From Chiloscyllium plagiosum (taxonomy: Eukaryota), in the NCBI RefSeq assembly GCF_004010195.1, contig NC_057718.1:24066605-24130604 (forward strand): DNA of 64,000 bases, given 5' to 3'. The number at the start of each line of letters is the position of its first letter. Positions within the stretch are counted from its first letter, which is position 1. The position numbers and the translations under genes were made by a program. Positions 63,226 through 64,000 of this stretch are shown piece by piece. The notes beneath the pieces are model-generated. The model worked only from the letters and a program-made list of their open reading frames with translations. It ran no database searches and was not told the origin of the DNA.

Positions 63226-64000
63226 ACTCTGATCTTTTTCTTTCCTGCTTGCTTGTTGAACAGTCTGGGAATTTTATCCCACAATTTGTCAGCTTTTACG
63301 CGGGCTTTCCCCTTTCTGTGCTTGGACCACGTGGATCACTTTTTGTTTCTTGTTAACGTTGTCCTCATTATCAGATGCTACCCACACTTCTGAGTTTGTG
63401 GTTGGGATAGCTTTGTATATTACTAATAGCACTGTGGTGTCTCTGGACTTCAGTTCTGGCACTGTTTATCACGTTGCCTTGGTTTGATAGGTTCGATCGC
63501 TGCTGCTGCCATGTTTCAGTATGAGGTCAGCACCTTCCTCCTGAGTGAGCTTCAGAAGCTTTATCAAGTCTAATTATGTCAGAGAATGGCCATCTCTCTG
63601 GAACCTTACAGACTCTTGGTCACAAATGACTGCTTGTTGTACCAATGTTCAGTTACTTTTCCAATAGCCAAGGTGTAATTCACGTCCTTATTCCACATAA
63701 AGGTTTTGTTAGCCTAGGTCTCTTTTATTTGTCATAACCTTTTACGAAATCAGTTTTAAGTTTCCCTTTAAAATCAAAATTTCCTCTTGGAAGCTCCTTT
63801 CAGGGAGTTTGTAAACACAGATATGTCATTAACTTTTGGAAACCTGTTTAGCTCCAAGTCCCAAAAATCAGGGACGTGGTATTTGTACCTGTCTCTGAAA
63901 TGCTTTTAAAGCAGCCAACAAATGTTTAGAGATGAGGGTATCCTGCTATAAATATTGCCTATAAAGTGTTTGAGGAAAAGGAATTAAGTTAACACAATGT

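Noticed and set aside
34767..64000. Next FMN2 exon (expected [22 protein letters not shown]-like)
   Set aside because: Not found by eye or in the ORF track; probably beyond the window, though a short exon could have been missed.

Overview
Vertebrate genomic DNA, by inference cartilaginous fish (shark-type HE1/V-SINEs, Deu-SINEs and abundant CR1 LINEs); nothing prokaryotic. The window lies inside a + strand formin gene most like FMN2 (formin-2). Two coding exons are well supported: the large coiled-coil/FH1 exon (14903-16155, with an N-gap in the polyproline tract) and the first FH2 exon (34622-34766), joined by a phase-consistent GT-AG intron. The rest is intron, full of decayed retroelements (CR1, L2, Penelope-like, Rex/Babar-like, at least four SINE types), several of them nested. 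The most interesting signal is a dispersed set of short Penelope-derived elements sharing a minimal hammerhead-ribozyme-like core (CUGANGA-hairpin-GAAA-palindrome-UH) whose flanking stem I co-varies between families. Some of these carry 9-26 bp target-site duplications. Other notable items are a 103-bp fold-back in a CR1 RT region, bipartite non-autonomous LINE derivatives and a candidate poison exon. Repeat family names are from recall, not a database search, and repeat boundaries are approximate.
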